Shown here: positions 1-11,643 of the stretch, one piece after another
Numbering within the stretch: the first letter of the stretch is position 1
Layout: the number at the start of each line of letters is the position of its first letter
Origin: an uncultured delta proteobacterium
GTDB lineage: Bacteria; Desulfobacterota; Binatia; UBA9968
Assembly (NCBI GenBank): GCA_963745035.1
Contig: CAVUVW010000013.1
Coordinates: 1,536,001-1,600,000, forward strand
Direction of reading: 5' to 3'
DNA length: 64,000 nt
Program-made: the position numbers and the translations under genes
Notes under the pieces: model-generated
Told to the model about the DNA's origin: nothing
The model's input: the letters and a program-made list of their open reading frames with translations, nothing else
Database searches by the model: none

Positions 1-163
1 CCATGATCATTCGCCTCCCTAACCCGAAATGGACTTATGCAGCACGTCCCGCAATGCGCCACTGAACGGGTGATTACTAGGCCAGTGAGCGCGAGCGGTC
101 AAGGACGAATTTCACCATCCATCTTTACAAGCTCCGGATATTTGGCCTAGAGTCGAAGCGACT

Positions 164-1190
164 ATGATGGATCTGGGCAGTCGAACCATTTTGCTTGTCC
201 TGCTTCTCTCGGTCTCGGCGTGGGCCAATCCCTACCTGCCTAAACCCGGCGACCGGCCGGCAATGATCCGCGTTGCAACCTCCGCGGTCACGGGCGGATT
301 TGTGCATCTCTACGCCGGACTCGATTATGGAATTTTCGAGAAATACGGCCTCAAGTGCGAGCACATCTATATCCGCGGCTCAGCGCCGACGCTTTCTGCG
401 CTCGCGGGCGACCAAGTCCAGTTCAGCTATGGCGCGGCCGACGGCAGTCTTCCCGGGCTGGCCACCGGCGTCGAAGCAAAGGTCGTCGCTTCGCCTCTTG
501 TCAAGCTTCCCTACGTCATGGTCGCGCGCAAGGAGATCCGCCGGCCCGAAGACCTCAAAGGCAAATCCATCGGCGTTACCCGGCCGGGCGACTTGAGCGC
601 GCGCCTGTCACGCCAAGTCGTGAGAAAAGTCGGTCTGACGACCGATGAAGTGACGATCCATCCGATCGGCGGCAGCCAAACGGAGCGCTATCAAGCCATG
701 GTCGGCAACGTCGTTCAAGCGATCCTCGTCACTCCGCCCCTGGATGTCCGCGCCAAGCGCGACGGCTTCAACGTCATCTACCGTCTGATCGATCTCGAAA
801 TTCCGTTCATCTACAGCTCACTGCTCACGAGCCACAGGATGCTGCGCGAACGGCCCGAGACCGTGCAGCGCATGGTCGCAGCGCTCGCCGAGGCGGTGCA
901 CTTCGTCGAGAAAAATCCGGACAAAGCAAAAGCCGCCATCGCCAAAGCGATGCGCGTCAAAGACGAAGAAGCGCTGCAATCGTCCTATAACGTGTACGCC
1001 AAAGAAATCGTCGACCGCACTATGAGTCGTGCCGGGCAAATCTGTCAGCGAAGCCGTCGATATCGCCCGCGAAACCGGCACCGTAGTTAGAAGAAAACCG
1101 GAAGAGCTTTACGACAACAGCTTCGTCAACAATCTGGAGAAAAGCGGCTTCCTCAAGGAGCTTTGGGGCAGCGAAAATTACCGGCGATAA
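164..1190 (+). CDS. ABC transporter substrate-binding protein, NMT1/THI5/SsuA-like (frameshift near 1025)
   Basis: Signal peptide, GIFEKYGL and EDLKGKSIGVTRPG motifs; C-terminus (ELYDNSFVNNLEKSGFLKELWG) continues in another frame to TAA at 1188-1190. Confidence 0.85.
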
Positions 1191-1323
1191 ATATTTGCAA
1201 TCTCGAACGGACTATCTCCGGTACCAAACCCTGGCTAGCATCCCCTTTGTGCATACGGAGGTCCGAGTGGCTATCAACTCGAAAACGATCTTTACAAGCC
1301 AATCCTGTTTGTCTAATCCTCGC

Positions 1324-2338
1324 ATGAAACTAGGAATTATCGCTTCCTTTCTTCTTGGCCGCCGCTTTCGCCAATCCCTATCTTCCCAAGCCGGGCGAAA
1401 AGACGCTTTCGATGCGCGTGTCCACCTGCGCCGTTTCGGGTGGCTTCGTGCATCTCTACACCGCCCTCGACAACGGCCTGTTCGACAAGTATGGCATCAA
1501 GCTGGAGAATATCTTTATCCGCGGCAGCGCCCAGAACCTGACCGCGCTCGCGACCGACGAAGTCCAGTTTACCTATTGCGCTTCCGACGCGATTATCCCC
1601 GGCATGGCCGCAGGCATCGAAGTCGAAAATCGTTGCGTCGCCGCTGGTGAAGCTGCCGTATGTTTTGGTGACCCGCAAAGAAATCAGGCGGCCGGAGGAT
1701 CTCAAGGGCAAAGCTTTGGGCATCGCCCGCGCAGGAGACTTGAGCGACCGGCTGTCGCGCGCGGTCGTAAAAAAACTCGGCGTTGCCCAACGAAGCAGTA
1801 ACGATTCGGCCCATCGGCGGCAGCCAGGGCGAGCGCTATCAGGCGATGGCCGCCGGCATCGTTCACGGCGTGATCATCACGCCGCCGCTCGATGTCCGCG
1901 CCAAGAACGAAGGCTACAACGTCATGTATCGCCTGATCGATCTGAACATTCCGTTCATCTACAGCTCGCTCCACACCAGTCATAAAATGCTGCGCGAGCG
2001 TCCCGAGATCGTCCAGCGCATGGTCGCCGCCTTCGCCGAAATCGTCCATTTCGTCGAGAAAAATCCCGACAAGGCCAAAGCATCGATCGGCAAAGCCATG
2101 CGCACCAACGATCCGGCAAGCGCTGCAATCCGCCTACGACGTCTACGCCAGGGAAATCCTCGACCGCACCATGGTCGTCCCCGGCAAGGCAGTCGCCGAA
2201 ACCATCGAGCTCGCCCGTCAAGAGGGCGCTCCGGTCAGAAGAAAGCCGGAAGAGATCTACGACAACACTTTCGTCAACAATCTGGAAAAAAGCGGATTCA
2301 TGAAAGAGATCTGGGGAAGCGAAAATTACAAGAGGTAA
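1324..2338 (+). CDS. ABC transporter substrate-binding protein, tandem paralog of 164..1190 (several frameshifts)
   Basis: ORF pieces 1355-1801, 1647-1985 and 1783-2415 join into a protein collinear with the upstream gene (ANPYLPKPG, KLPYV, RPEDLKGK, PFIYSSL, EKNPDKAKA). Confidence 0.85.
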
Positions 2339-2359
2339 ACGCCCGGATCGAGTACAAGC

Positions 2360-3329
2360 TCACCGTCCCTGCACCTTTCTTAGCAAACTCATATCCTCCA
2401 AATCATCCGGCGTGAAAGTCTTCGCGACTTTCAATGCATCGCGGTAGATCTCGATCTCTTTTTCCACCGCGGCGCGCGGCTTGGTGCCGTCTTTGCTGAA
2501 GCCCAGCATCTGCGCGGCAAAGGCTTTCTCGGCCAGCGCCAAATCGATCTTGTGGTAGGTGGAAACGTACTGAACCACTTCGTTGCGATTGGCCGGATTC
2601 ACAATGTAGTTCATCGTCCGGTGCAGCGCCGCGATCATGCCGTAAACTTTTTGCGGCGTTTTCTTCACGGTTTCCGTCGCGCTGACCAGTCCGATAAAAC
2701 TCAGGGGTGCATAGGTTCTCGCTTCCGCCAGCTTCACGTAACCTTTCGCTTGCAACTCCTCCACGTACGGCGGCGCGAGCAACGTCGCCGCGACTCTCTT
2801 CGTGACCAACGATTGGATCAAGTTGTCGGTGACCTGCAAGCCGAGCAATGTAACTTTCCCGGCTTCGATCCCATTGGCGCGGAGCATCACATTGGCCGAC
2901 ATGCCCACGGCGTCGGTCAACGCCGTCACGCCGATGCTCTTGCCGACCAGATCTTGAATCGATTTGATCTCCGGCTGCGCCAGCAGCACATGCACGGGGT
3001 CCTGCTGGACGTAGAACATGCGTCGCAGCGGCAAGCCGCGCATGATCGCCGAAGTCGCCGCTCCGGTGGTCGACGAAAAGTCCAATTCGCCGGCCACCAG
3101 CGCAGCGATCGCCGTGGGCGGCGCCATCATGACGAGCTGCGGCTCGATCTGCTCGGCGGCGAAGAAACCTTTATCCTTGCCGAAATAGTACGGCATGATC
3201 GACAAGCTCTTCGATGGCATATGAATGGTCACCTTTGTCGGAGCCGAGGCGGCGAAAACCGGCTGTGCTACAAGGACCCATGCGCAAGTCAGCGATCACA
3301 CGCAGACAACATCGAACCTCCCACATCAT
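2360..3329 (-). CDS. ABC transporter substrate-binding protein, NMT1/THI5-like (start approximate)
   Basis: KDKGFFAAEQIE, ALVAGELDF, IKSIQDLVGKSIGV motifs; signal-peptide region frameshifted. Confidence 0.8.
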
Positions 3330-3350
3330 CAACGATCGTTCATCTCGCCT

Positions 3351-3942
3351 CTATTCATGAAACCGGCTCGCCGCCGCTGCGGCCACTTCCTTGACAGCCG
3401 GCAACGGGCAAAAGCCTTGCGCTTCCACGGCGAAAACCGGATTGAACTTGCTGCGGAAATTTTCCAGCGCGATGATCGCCGCCAATTCGACCAACTCTTC
3501 TTCCGAAAAATGCCGCTTTATCCGATTGAAAAAGCGATCCGTCACCCGTTTGTTCGTGTAAGTCATTCGCTCGCATAATTCCAACGCGAGCTTTTCACGC
3601 GCCGAAAACAGCGGGCTCTTTTTATAGTCGCCGAGAGCCGCTTCCACTTTTTCCGCCGACGCACCGTTGCGCATCCCACTGGACGCGTTGATGTCAATTC
3701 AATACGGGCACCCGTTGATGCTGGCGGCTTTCATGCACAGCAGATGGCGCAGATCGCCGCTGATCAGGCCCGACGCGAGAATCCCCGCTTGCAGCGCCTG
3801 GACGCCTTTTTGAATTGTCGGCCGCAGGCCATAGACTTTCGCCGTGTTCAGAATCGAGCCGTATTGCCTTTCTTGTTCTTCGAAGATCTTTTCGAGTCTC
3901 TTCGGATGCTTCATCCTTGGTGACGCCTTTGATGCGCAACAT
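3351..3942 (-). CDS. Carboxymuconolactone decarboxylase/AhpD-like protein, probable selenoprotein (C-P-Y-U)
   Basis: ASINGCPY then TGA (3699-3701), then in-frame IDINASSG-MRNGAS...; downstream half has AhpD-like FSAREKLAL, HFSEEELVEL, ALENFRSKFN; one frameshift near 3890. Confidence 0.8.
3658..3698 (-). promoter_or_regulatory. Putative bacterial SECIS element directly 3' of the UGA
   Basis: CGCGUCC-AGUG-GGAUGCG hairpin (3687-3670) with a G-containing apical loop about 19 nt after the UGA; possible lower stem GAC/GUC plus AUC/GGU. Confidence 0.6.
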
Positions 3943-3963
3943 GCCATTCTCCTGTTCTGCCGT

Positions 3964-4942
3964 CTAACGGCCGAGTTTGAGCAGGCTCGCCGCCGTCCCG
4001 CCGAGCATGCCTGCTTTGATTCTTTCATCCAGCGGTAAACGCGCGAATTTCATCGATATATTCCTTGATGCCGTCCACGCTCTTTCCTTGCTTTGGATCG
4101 CTGTTGTTGAAGTTCTGCGGATAGTCAGTGGCGAAAACCAAGCGCTCCGGCTTGATGCCTTCCAGCGCGCAGCGCAGCGCAATCGGGCTGCCTTCGAAAC
4201 CGGCCATGTCGAAATAGAGCCGGTCAAAATAGTCATCGAACGATTTGGGCAACTTGAAGCGATAGGACGAACGAGAGATTCGCTCTTTGTAGCCTGCCAA
4301 GCCGCCGCCGAAGTGAGCGAAGACAAACTGCAGATCGGGATAGCGTTCCACCACGCCGCCGGCGATGAGCCGAGTAACCGCCACACCGAGGTCGAACTCG
4401 CGCGTGAGAATCACGGGCAGCATGTAGTCTTGCATCAAACTATAGCCCTTGGGCGACAACGCCGGATGCACGAAGATCGGCACGCGCAGCCTGTTCATTA
4501 GATCGTAGAACGGCGCGAACTCCTTAGCATCCAGCGAAAGGCCATTGACCTGCGAAGAGATCGTCACGCCCTTCAAGCCGAGCTGGCTGACGGCACGCTC
4601 GAGCTCGCGTAAACCAGCGTCGCCGTCCAATACCGGCGCATGGGCCAGACCGACGAACCGGGCGGCATAATCCTTTTGCAGCCGAGCCGTGCAGTCGTTG
4701 AGCAGTTGGCAGTTGTCCAACGTCGTATCCCAGCCAAGAATGCAGCTTTGGACGGCGATGTCGATGCCGGCGCGATCCATGTCACGGAGCTGCGCTTCCA
4801 TGTCGAACAATTGCGAATGCACCGATGCATCGCGCGTGCGCACCGCTTCTTTCCTGGTCGGATCCATCCCGAGGCGCCGGCCCAATTCCGCGGGAATGTA
4901 GTGATGCTCGAAGTCGATGACCATCGCGCCTTCCTCCGCCAA
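3964..4942 (-). CDS. Amidohydrolase 2 family (ACMSD/decarboxylase-like) protein
   Basis: IDFEHH, PIFVHP, FAHFGG, RLVFATDYP motifs; true C-terminus (IKAGMLGGTAASLLKL) in a shifted frame ending at 3964. Confidence 0.85.
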
Positions 4943-4948
4943 TCTCGT

Positions 4949-5812
4949 CTAAACACCGTATACGATGTTGTCCGATTCTGTAATCAAGCAAACCGGCATA
5001 TGGGTTGTATTTCGCGCGTAGCCGATTTTACCCCGGCTATCTATCAAAATGATGCCCCCGGTGCTTTGGATCCTTTCGTCTTCGAGATACCTCATTGCCA
5101 CCTTGGCCGCCGTCTGAGCGTCGAGGCCCTCCTGCAAATGGCCGACAGCGCTCTTCGCCAACAGAACCCGGATAATGGCTTCACCATGGCCGGTTGCCGA
5201 AGCAGCGCCGTAATCGTCGGCATAGGTGCCGCAGCCAATCAGCGGCGAATCGCCAACGCGGCCCGGAAGCTTATTGAAGATGCCGCCCGTAGAGGTGGCG
5301 ACGGCAAGATTACCTCCGGAATCGAAGGCCACACAGCCGACCGTGCCTTGTTTGCTTTCCCAGCGCTTTCTTTCTCGCTGGACGATGAGCGATTCCGGCG
5401 AGCATTCCGGAAGCCCGCTTTGGCGCGCAAACAGCAGCGCCCCCTGCCCTGCGAGCATGACGTGGCGTCCGTCTTCCAAGATACGGCGCGCCACTTTGAT
5501 CGGATTCTTGACACCTGACAGCGCCGCCACCGCCCCGGCGCGAAGCGTCCGGCCGTCCATGATCGCCGCGTCCGTCTCGACTTGGCCGACGCTGTTCAAA
5601 GTCGATCCGGTGCCTGCGTTGAACAAAGGATCATCTTCGAGCACGACCACCGCCGCCTCAGCCGCGTCGAGCGCCGAGCCGCCCTGCTCGAGGATGTTCC
5701 AACCGGCAAGCGCCGCGTGCTTGCAGCCTTCGAGACGTGCGGGAAGGCTATCGTCTTTGATCGGCCCGGCGCCGCCGTGGACGATGATCGCCGGCCGATA
5801 TTCCACAGTCAT
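4949..5812 (-). CDS. iaaA: Isoaspartyl peptidase/L-asparaginase (type 2, Ntn hydrolase)
   Basis: IIVHGGAG, FNAGTGS, autocleavage GTVGCVA, ATSTGG, GRVGDSP, ATGHGE. Confidence 0.9.
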   Translation of the reverse strand: MTVEYRPAIIVHGGAGPIKDDSLPARLEGCKHAALAGWNILEQGGSALDAAEAAVVVLEDDPLFNAGTGSTLNSVGQVETDAAIMDGRTLRAGAVAALSGVKNPIKVARRILEDGRHVMLAGQGALLFARQSGLPECSPESLIVQRERKRWESKQGTVGCVAFDSGGNLAVATSTGGIFNKLPGRVGDSPLIGCGTYADDYGAASATGHGEAIIRVLLAKSAVGHLQEGLDAQTAAKVAMRYLEDERIQSTGGIILIDSRGKIGYARNTTHMPVCLITESDNIVYGV

Positions 5813-5827
5813 GAAGATTTCCTAACG

Positions 5828-6092
5828 CCACGAAGCACACGAAGATTACGAACGAGTTCATGGTTGCGTATGACTATAGTTCAAAAATCGCGTGGTCTGC
5901 GCAAATGAGTCAAAAGCTGATGGCACGGGGAACGGAAAATTCCTCTCGTTATGGCGCAAAGCCCGCCAAGCTTAGAGCTCGTAAGTTTCTTCATTCCTAA
6001 ACTCCGAACTTTGCGCCTTGGCGCCTTTGCGGGAAATATTCTGGGATTTGTCGCGGCTCTCCTGTGCTGTGCCCTTCGCGGCCTTCGTCGTG
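5828..6092. repeat. Nested intergenic palindromic repeats (REP-like)
   Basis: Outer arms CACGAAGCACACGAAG (5829) and CTTCGCGGCCTTCGTCGTG (6074); inner arms GGCGCAAAGCCCGCCAAG (5953) and CTTTGCGCCTTGGCGCCTTTGCG (6009). Confidence 0.55.
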
Positions 6093-6106
6093 ACGACCGT
6101 TCCTTT

Positions 6107-6733
6107 CTATCTGAGCTCCCGCAGCACCGCCCGGCACGGGGCGCCGTCCGAACCGGCCAGTTTGACCGGCGGACAAAAAAGCTCGTAGCGTCCCGGCGGA
6201 ACTTCCGCGAGATCCACGCCTTCGAGTAGAATCACGCCATGATCGAGAAAGGCGCGATGGACGGGAACTTGCTCGTTCGCTGCCGCAGCCGACAGATAAT
6301 CGAGGCCGACCAGCTTTACGCCTCGATCGACCAGCGCTTTCGCGCCATCGACCGAGAACGGGGCAAAGCTCGCGTCGTAGTCCCCCTTTTTCAAGAGTTG
6401 GGAGTTGCGCGTCTTGAACAGCACGCGGGTTTCACCATCGATGCCGGCCCTCGCCACATCCGCTGCCGTGATGTGAGTGCCGCATTCGACCGCGCATACG
6501 CGCGCAGGACCGATAAATAAGTCCAGCGGCAACTCCTCGATGGTGATGCCGTCGGATAGGAAATGAAAAGGCGCGTCGACGTGCGTGCCGGCGTGGACGC
6601 TGGTGTGGATCGAAGACGAATTATTGGTGTCGCCGCGGCTCATGCGCTTGCGCTCGATCAATTCGAGCGGTTGCGCGGTTACCCAACGGATCGACTGCGG
6701 AGAAAGCGTCAAAGAAATATCGTATATCTTCAC
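6107..6733 (-). CDS. Cyclase family protein (kynurenine formamidase KynB-like)
   Basis: HAGTHVDAPFHF metal motif, LVGLDYLS, GSDGAPCRAV; GTG start after GGAGG. Confidence 0.9.
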   Translation of the reverse strand: MKIYDISLTLSPQSIRWVTAQPLELIERKRMSRGDTNNSSSIHTSVHAGTHVDAPFHFLSDGITIEELPLDLFIGPARVCAVECGTHITAADVARAGIDGETRVLFKTRNSQLLKKGDYDASFAPFSVDGAKALVDRGVKLVGLDYLSAAAANEQVPVHRAFLDHGVILLEGVDLAEVPPGRYELFCPPVKLAGSDGAPCRAVLRELR

Positions 6734-6861
6734 GGCTCGACCTCCCGTTCGGATCTTATGCGAGGCGACACTGTGTGACAAGTCCATTACCACAGAACTC
6801 AAACCAATCGATCTATTTCACATTGCATAACGCCCACAGGCAATCGTAGTCAAAGACAGAA

Positions 6862-6888
6862 GGATTTCTCGCTCCGCTCGAAATGACA
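6862..6888. repeat. REP-like half element GATTTCTCGCTCCGCTCGAAATGACA
   Basis: Shares the TGTCAT/ATGACA terminus with the elements at 7920 and 45185. Confidence 0.45.
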
Positions 6889-6944
6889 ACGCCGTGATAA
6901 CGAGGATCGACAAACACGAAGTTACGATATGATCGTTCTGGTCT

Positions 6945-7827
6945 CTACTCATCGCCCGAAGTGAATGGCGAAATTACCGAGCGACGACACTGAGAATGCC
7001 CGCCACGATTTTCCAGTTGATCGATTCCACGCCGCGCAGGAAGATACGCGTTTCGATCAGCGACCACACCGGATAGCTCGCCGCGATCGGCGCGACAATG
7101 ACGACCCGGCCCAGGCTGATCGCGGTAATGATGAACAGGATGGAAAAGGTTTCGAACAATCCGGTGGCGATAAATGGCGCGATCGCCGCCCGGTTCCAGA
7201 CCAGTCGCTGGGACTGCGGCGAGACCGCTAAATAGATGAGAAATCCGCCCAGCGATACGGCGCCCATGAGAGCGGAAAAGAACAGCGGCTCGTTGGCCAT
7301 CGTCAGCACGTAGCGGCGGATGGGATGATTCATGCCCGTGAGCAACGCGGCCGCGATCGGCAGCAGCAAATGCCAGCGGCGAAAGTCGCGCAACTGCTCT
7401 TCCGGTTTCCACGAAACCAGGACGATCCCGCCGACGATCAACACGGTTCCGAGAAGAATGAGCAGCGAAGTCTCTTCGCCGAGAATCGTCACCGCAATGG
7501 CTGCGCTGAATAGCGGGCTCACCGACTGCAGTGCGCTGCTGCGCGAAGCGCCGATCTTTTCGACACCCGTGTAAGCGAACAGACGAACGCCGAGCTGAAA
7601 GATGCCGACAAGAGTAGAAAAGCAAGATTCCCGCGAGCGGCACGGCGTGGACGCCGCCGGTCACGAACACCGCCGCTCCACAAGAGGAGATTCTGCATCA
7701 GAATCGACACCAGGGTGACCGTGGTGGGCGTCGAATAGCGCAGGCCGACTCGCGCCGAAACCAGCGCCGAGGCGTAGAGGATGGAGGTGATGAACGCGAG
7801 AACCTGAGCGGTCGCCTCGGAAGTCAT
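6945..7827 (-). CDS. DMT/EamA family transporter (frameshifted)
   Basis: Two hydrophobic EamA repeats, SPLFSAAIAVTILGE, GRVVIVAPI. Confidence 0.8.
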
Positions 7828-7919
7828 GTCAGAGTAAATTTTTGCGTCGAGACGTTACCGCGATCACGGGATATTGCGGAATGGATCAGACTGTGTCGCA
7901 ATACTACAAATGTCATCGA

Positions 7920-8051
7920 TGTCATGCTGAGCCTTCGGTAGGACTCAGGATAAACTCGTGCGACGCATGCTATTTTCCAGCAGCCGACAAAAAAGCAGAA
8001 TCTTCGGCGGAGTTATCCTGAGCGCAACGAAGGGCCTCAGAATGACACTCT
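7920..8051. repeat. Palindromic REP/MITE-like element, about 130 bp
   Basis: Ends TGTCATGCTGAG...CTCAGAATGACA; inner CTCAGGATAAACTC/GAGTTATCCTGAG arms; related copy at 45185-45260. Confidence 0.7.
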
Positions 8052-8148
8052 CACATAATCTCCGAGAGAGAAGATCAAAACACAGCAGCTTCGGAGAGAA
8101 AACAACGCTAGCAGTGACTGCGCGGAGAAAGCGTTCAACGGCTAGTCT

Positions 8149-8718
8149 TCAGCTCTTCGCCAATGTTTGTCGAAACTTTTCCCGTGTGCTCGATGCTATA
8201 CAGGCGCTGAAAATTTTCCGGATAGGCTTCCCCGGGTTCGACCTTTAAGAGTGACGAAGATCGGGCCTTCCGATTTGAGAATCTCGGGCAGCTCGCGTTC
8301 CCACTCCGTCAAATCGGCAGATCTCGTAGGTCTTGCGATAGCCGGCGGTCTTCGCCAATTCAGCGAAGCGAATCTGTCCGGCGCGCGGCGTCGGAACCGA
8401 GCCATTGGTTTCGTAGCAGCCGTTCTCGCACAGGCAGTGAATGTAATTTTTCGGCGCCTGATTGGCGATCGTCACCAGGCTGCCAAGATTCATCAGCAAG
8501 CTGCCGTCGCCGTCGAATACGACGACTTTCTTGTCCGGGCGTCCGAGCGCCAGACCCAGCGCATGAGACGATCCCTGTCCCATCGCGCCGACGAAAGTGT
8601 AGTTCAAATCGTTCGGCTGGATATGCGTGATTTCCTGCGCGGCCATGTAGACCGCGACGACGATCTCGTCTTTGCGCTGGCGCGCGAAGGCTTTCAGCAT
8701 TTCATCCCGCTTCATCAT
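8149..8718 (-). CDS. TPP-binding decarboxylase beta subunit (sulfopyruvate/phosphonopyruvate decarboxylase ComE-like), frameshifted
   Basis: GAMG, VVVFDGDGSLLMNLGSL...CENGCYETNG TPP-binding motif. Confidence 0.8.
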
Positions 8719-8720
8719 GG

Positions 8721-9232
8721 TCAGCGCGGCTCCCTTCCGATCAAGATGGCGCTCGGCGACGAGTTGGCGAAGGACTTCTCGATCACCTGCCCGATTTTTT
8801 GCGTATCGGCGTCGCGCTCGATCAAGATGATGCTCGATGCCCATGACGTCGAGAATCGGCTCGATGATCTTCACGCCGTACTTTTTCGACTGCGTCGGCG
8901 CCACATCCGGCTCCTTACCGAGCAAGCCGACGACCATACAGACCGGGAAATGGCCTTCGACCGCGACGCCGCGGATGGCATTGATCGAGTCGAGAAACCC
9001 GGTGTACTGCATCATCAACACCGACTTGTGGCCGGCGGCGTAAAGCCCGCTGCAGATCGAAACACCTTCATCTTCCTTGCACACCTGCACGACATGAAAT
9101 TCAGGATCGGCAAGCAAGCCTCTTGAGCAAATAGTGACTCGTCACGCGATCCGGCAGCGCCACGACGAAGTGAATGCCGGCGCGTTTGAATTCTTTCTTG
9201 ATCGTCGCCGCCGTGAGTGGATAGTCCGCCAT
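8721..9232 (-). CDS. TPP decarboxylase alpha subunit (ComD-like), frameshifted
   Basis: GIHFVVALPD, CKEDEGVSICSG, LMMQYTGFLDSINA. Confidence 0.75.
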
Positions 9233-9249
9233 GGTTCCTCCCAGTCAAA

Positions 9250-9335
9250 ACGTCCGTTCAAGGTTCAACCGTCTCAAAGTTCAACGTTAGTCCGGATCTC
9301 CGACTTTGAACGTTTGAACCTTGAACTTTGAACAG
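9250..9335. repeat. Heptamer-unit inverted repeat (GTTCAAG.. / ..TTGAAC)
   Basis: gttcaag-gttcaac...gttcaac, spacer, then tttgaac-gtttgaac-cttgaac-tttgaac; related tract at 10922-10958. Confidence 0.65.
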
Positions 9336-9338
9336 CCG

Positions 9339-10863
9339 CTACGCGACCTCCTGCACGAAATCGGCCAGCCGCTCGCCGATCATGATCGACGTCAAGTTCG
9401 TATTCGCCCGGCTCACCACCGGCATGATCGATGCGTCGCCGACCCAGAGATTTTGCATGCCGTGCACGCGCAGGCGCTGATCGACGACGGCCATCTTGTC
9501 CGAAGCCGGGCCCATTTTGCAGGTGCCCGACGCCGTGGTGGTAGCTGTCGTAGGTCTTGCGCGCGAACTCGCCCCAATCTTCGCCCGGCCCGGGTTGAAT
9601 CAGCGGGCCGTAGTATTCTTTGATCTGCGGCCGGCGCACCAGCTCGTCGATGAACTGCATGGATTCGACCATCGCCTTCAAATCTTCCGGATGTTCGAGC
9701 ATGCAGGAATCGATGCCCAGCTGATCGTGCGGATCGGCGCTCTGGAGAAAAACCCGGCCGCGGTTGCGCTGCTCGAGCAGATGCGACGAGATCGGCATCA
9801 TGCGCTTGAGGCCGGTCACTTCCGTCGGCGGCCGCATGTTGATGTGAAAATTCGCCGCCTCGCTGATCGGATTTTTGCGGATGATCAGGCGAAAGCGCGG
9901 CACGACCCAGTCGACCTTTGGATTCTTTCGGCCCCTCGTAGGTCATGAACACCACCGGGTGGTCCTGATAGTTCTCGCCGATGCCGTTGAGCTCATGCAC
10001 GAGCGGGAATGCCGTGTTTCTTGAGCTCCGCCGACGGGCCGATGCCGGAAAGCATCAGAATCTGCGGCGAACCGTAGACGCCCGAGGTGACAAGAATCTG
10101 TCCGCCCAGCGCCGTGTGCATCTCGCCTTCGCGCTCGTAGTTGACTCCTTCGGCTTTCTTTCCGGCGAGCTTGAGCGAATGCACCTGTGCTTGATCGATG
10201 ATCGTCAAATTTTTGCGCCCGCGCGCCTGATTCAAATAGGCGATCACAGTGGATTGGCGTTTGCCGTCTTTAATGTTGTACGGCGACGCGCACACGCCGT
10301 AGGGTTCCGCCACGTTGAGATCCGGACACTTGGGCAAGCCCATGCCGTAAGCGGCGTTGAGAAACGCCTTGACCGGCGGCGCCGCGTCCCCTTCCATATC
10401 GAGCGTAAAGTTGCGCTTGACGTAGAGCGGCCCGTCTTTGCCGTGGATCGGGACTGTCGGGATAATCCTGATCCGACTCGATCTTTTTCATGAACGGCAA
10501 ACATTTCTCATAGGTCCAATCGGGATTGCCCGCGGCCACCCATTGATCGAGGTCGTAGCGCTGCGGCCGCAGCACCGACATCACGTTGACCGACGAGCCG
10601 CCGCCCATGATGCGCCCGGCGAGCGCGTAATAGGTGCTGCCATCCAGATGACGCTGGGTCGGATACATCGCGACGAAGTCGGATTCCAAAAGCAACCGCG
10701 TTTGCTTCGAGGCATCGGCGACCAACTCCGGCAGCGGCCACGGGTCCGGTCCCGCTTCGAGCAACAAAACTTTGCGGTTCGGATCTTCCGAAAGCCGCAT
10801 CGCCGCCACGCAGCCCGCCGACCCGCCGCCAACAATGATCACGTCATACTTCTCGTCCGCCAT
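9339..10863 (-). CDS. GMC family oxidoreductase (choline dehydrogenase-like), several frameshifts
   Basis: [54 protein letters not shown]. Confidence 0.9.
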
Positions 10864-10969
10864 TAATGTCTCCTGATAAATCCTGACAGCTGCTCCTGTT
10901 GTTCGTTTTTCTTAGTCCATCCGCTTGAGCGCTTCAACCGTTTGAACGGTTTGAACGTTATCTGCTCAC

Positions 10970-11422
10970 TCATCCTTGCTCGCCAAGTCCCTTATGCAAG
11001 CGCTTCGTGAACTCCTGCAGGATCAACGTCGCCGTCGCACGCAACACCATATCGCCGAGGATACCGAGCCGGCCTTTGATCTTCACGTCGGCCTTATAAT
11101 CCATCTGCGACGTGGTGTCCGAAACCCGGCGCAGATCCACGGTCATGTCGGCGTTCACGGTGCTTTTGGTCACCGTATCCGTTCCTTCGGTCCGTACCAC
11201 CATCTGCTCCGGCGGCCGGCTTTCGACAATCGTTGAGCGAAAATTGAATTTTCCCGAAATCGGCCCTACGTTCGCCGAAATAATCCCATCGAAGGTCTTA
11301 TCGTCGATCTGCTTGACTTCGTCGATACCCGGTAAGCAGGTGGAAAATTTATTGATATCGATCAAAAAGTCCCAGGCTTTCTCCGCCGAAACATCGAGAT
11401 CGATCTTACCGTCAAGAATCAT
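10970..11422 (-). CDS. CoxG/SRPBCC domain protein
   Basis: AWDFLID...CLPG, ANVGPISGKF, VKIKGRLGILG; GAGGAG RBS. Confidence 0.8.
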   Translation of the reverse strand: MILDGKIDLDVSAEKAWDFLIDINKFSTCLPGIDEVKQIDDKTFDGIISANVGPISGKFNFRSTIVESRPPEQMVVRTEGTDTVTKSTVNADMTVDLRRVSDTTSQMDYKADVKIKGRLGILGDMVLRATATLILQEFTKRLHKGLGEQG

Positions 11423-11643
11423 CGTGTGGATCGCTCCTCAGACAAATTCACGCGCGATCTTATGTGAGAAAAAAACGCGTGACAAGTCCGGATCAAAAAT
11501 TCAGTTGCCAAGCCCACCGGACTTATTCTAAATTGAAGCCGCCCTTCAGAGCTGGATGATGCCGCTTCGGTAAGACCACGATGCTCGCAACCTACGCTCT
11601 CCCCAGTCCAAATCAGGATTCTGTTGACAGCAAGAGGTTCTAG

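Noticed and set aside
9250-9335. CRISPR array
   Set aside because: 7-9 bp units without unique spacers and no cas genes in the window
11490-11640. Possible riboswitch (c-di-GMP/GEMM) upstream of the decaheme gene
   Set aside because: No GEMM consensus recognisable; only short weak palindromes
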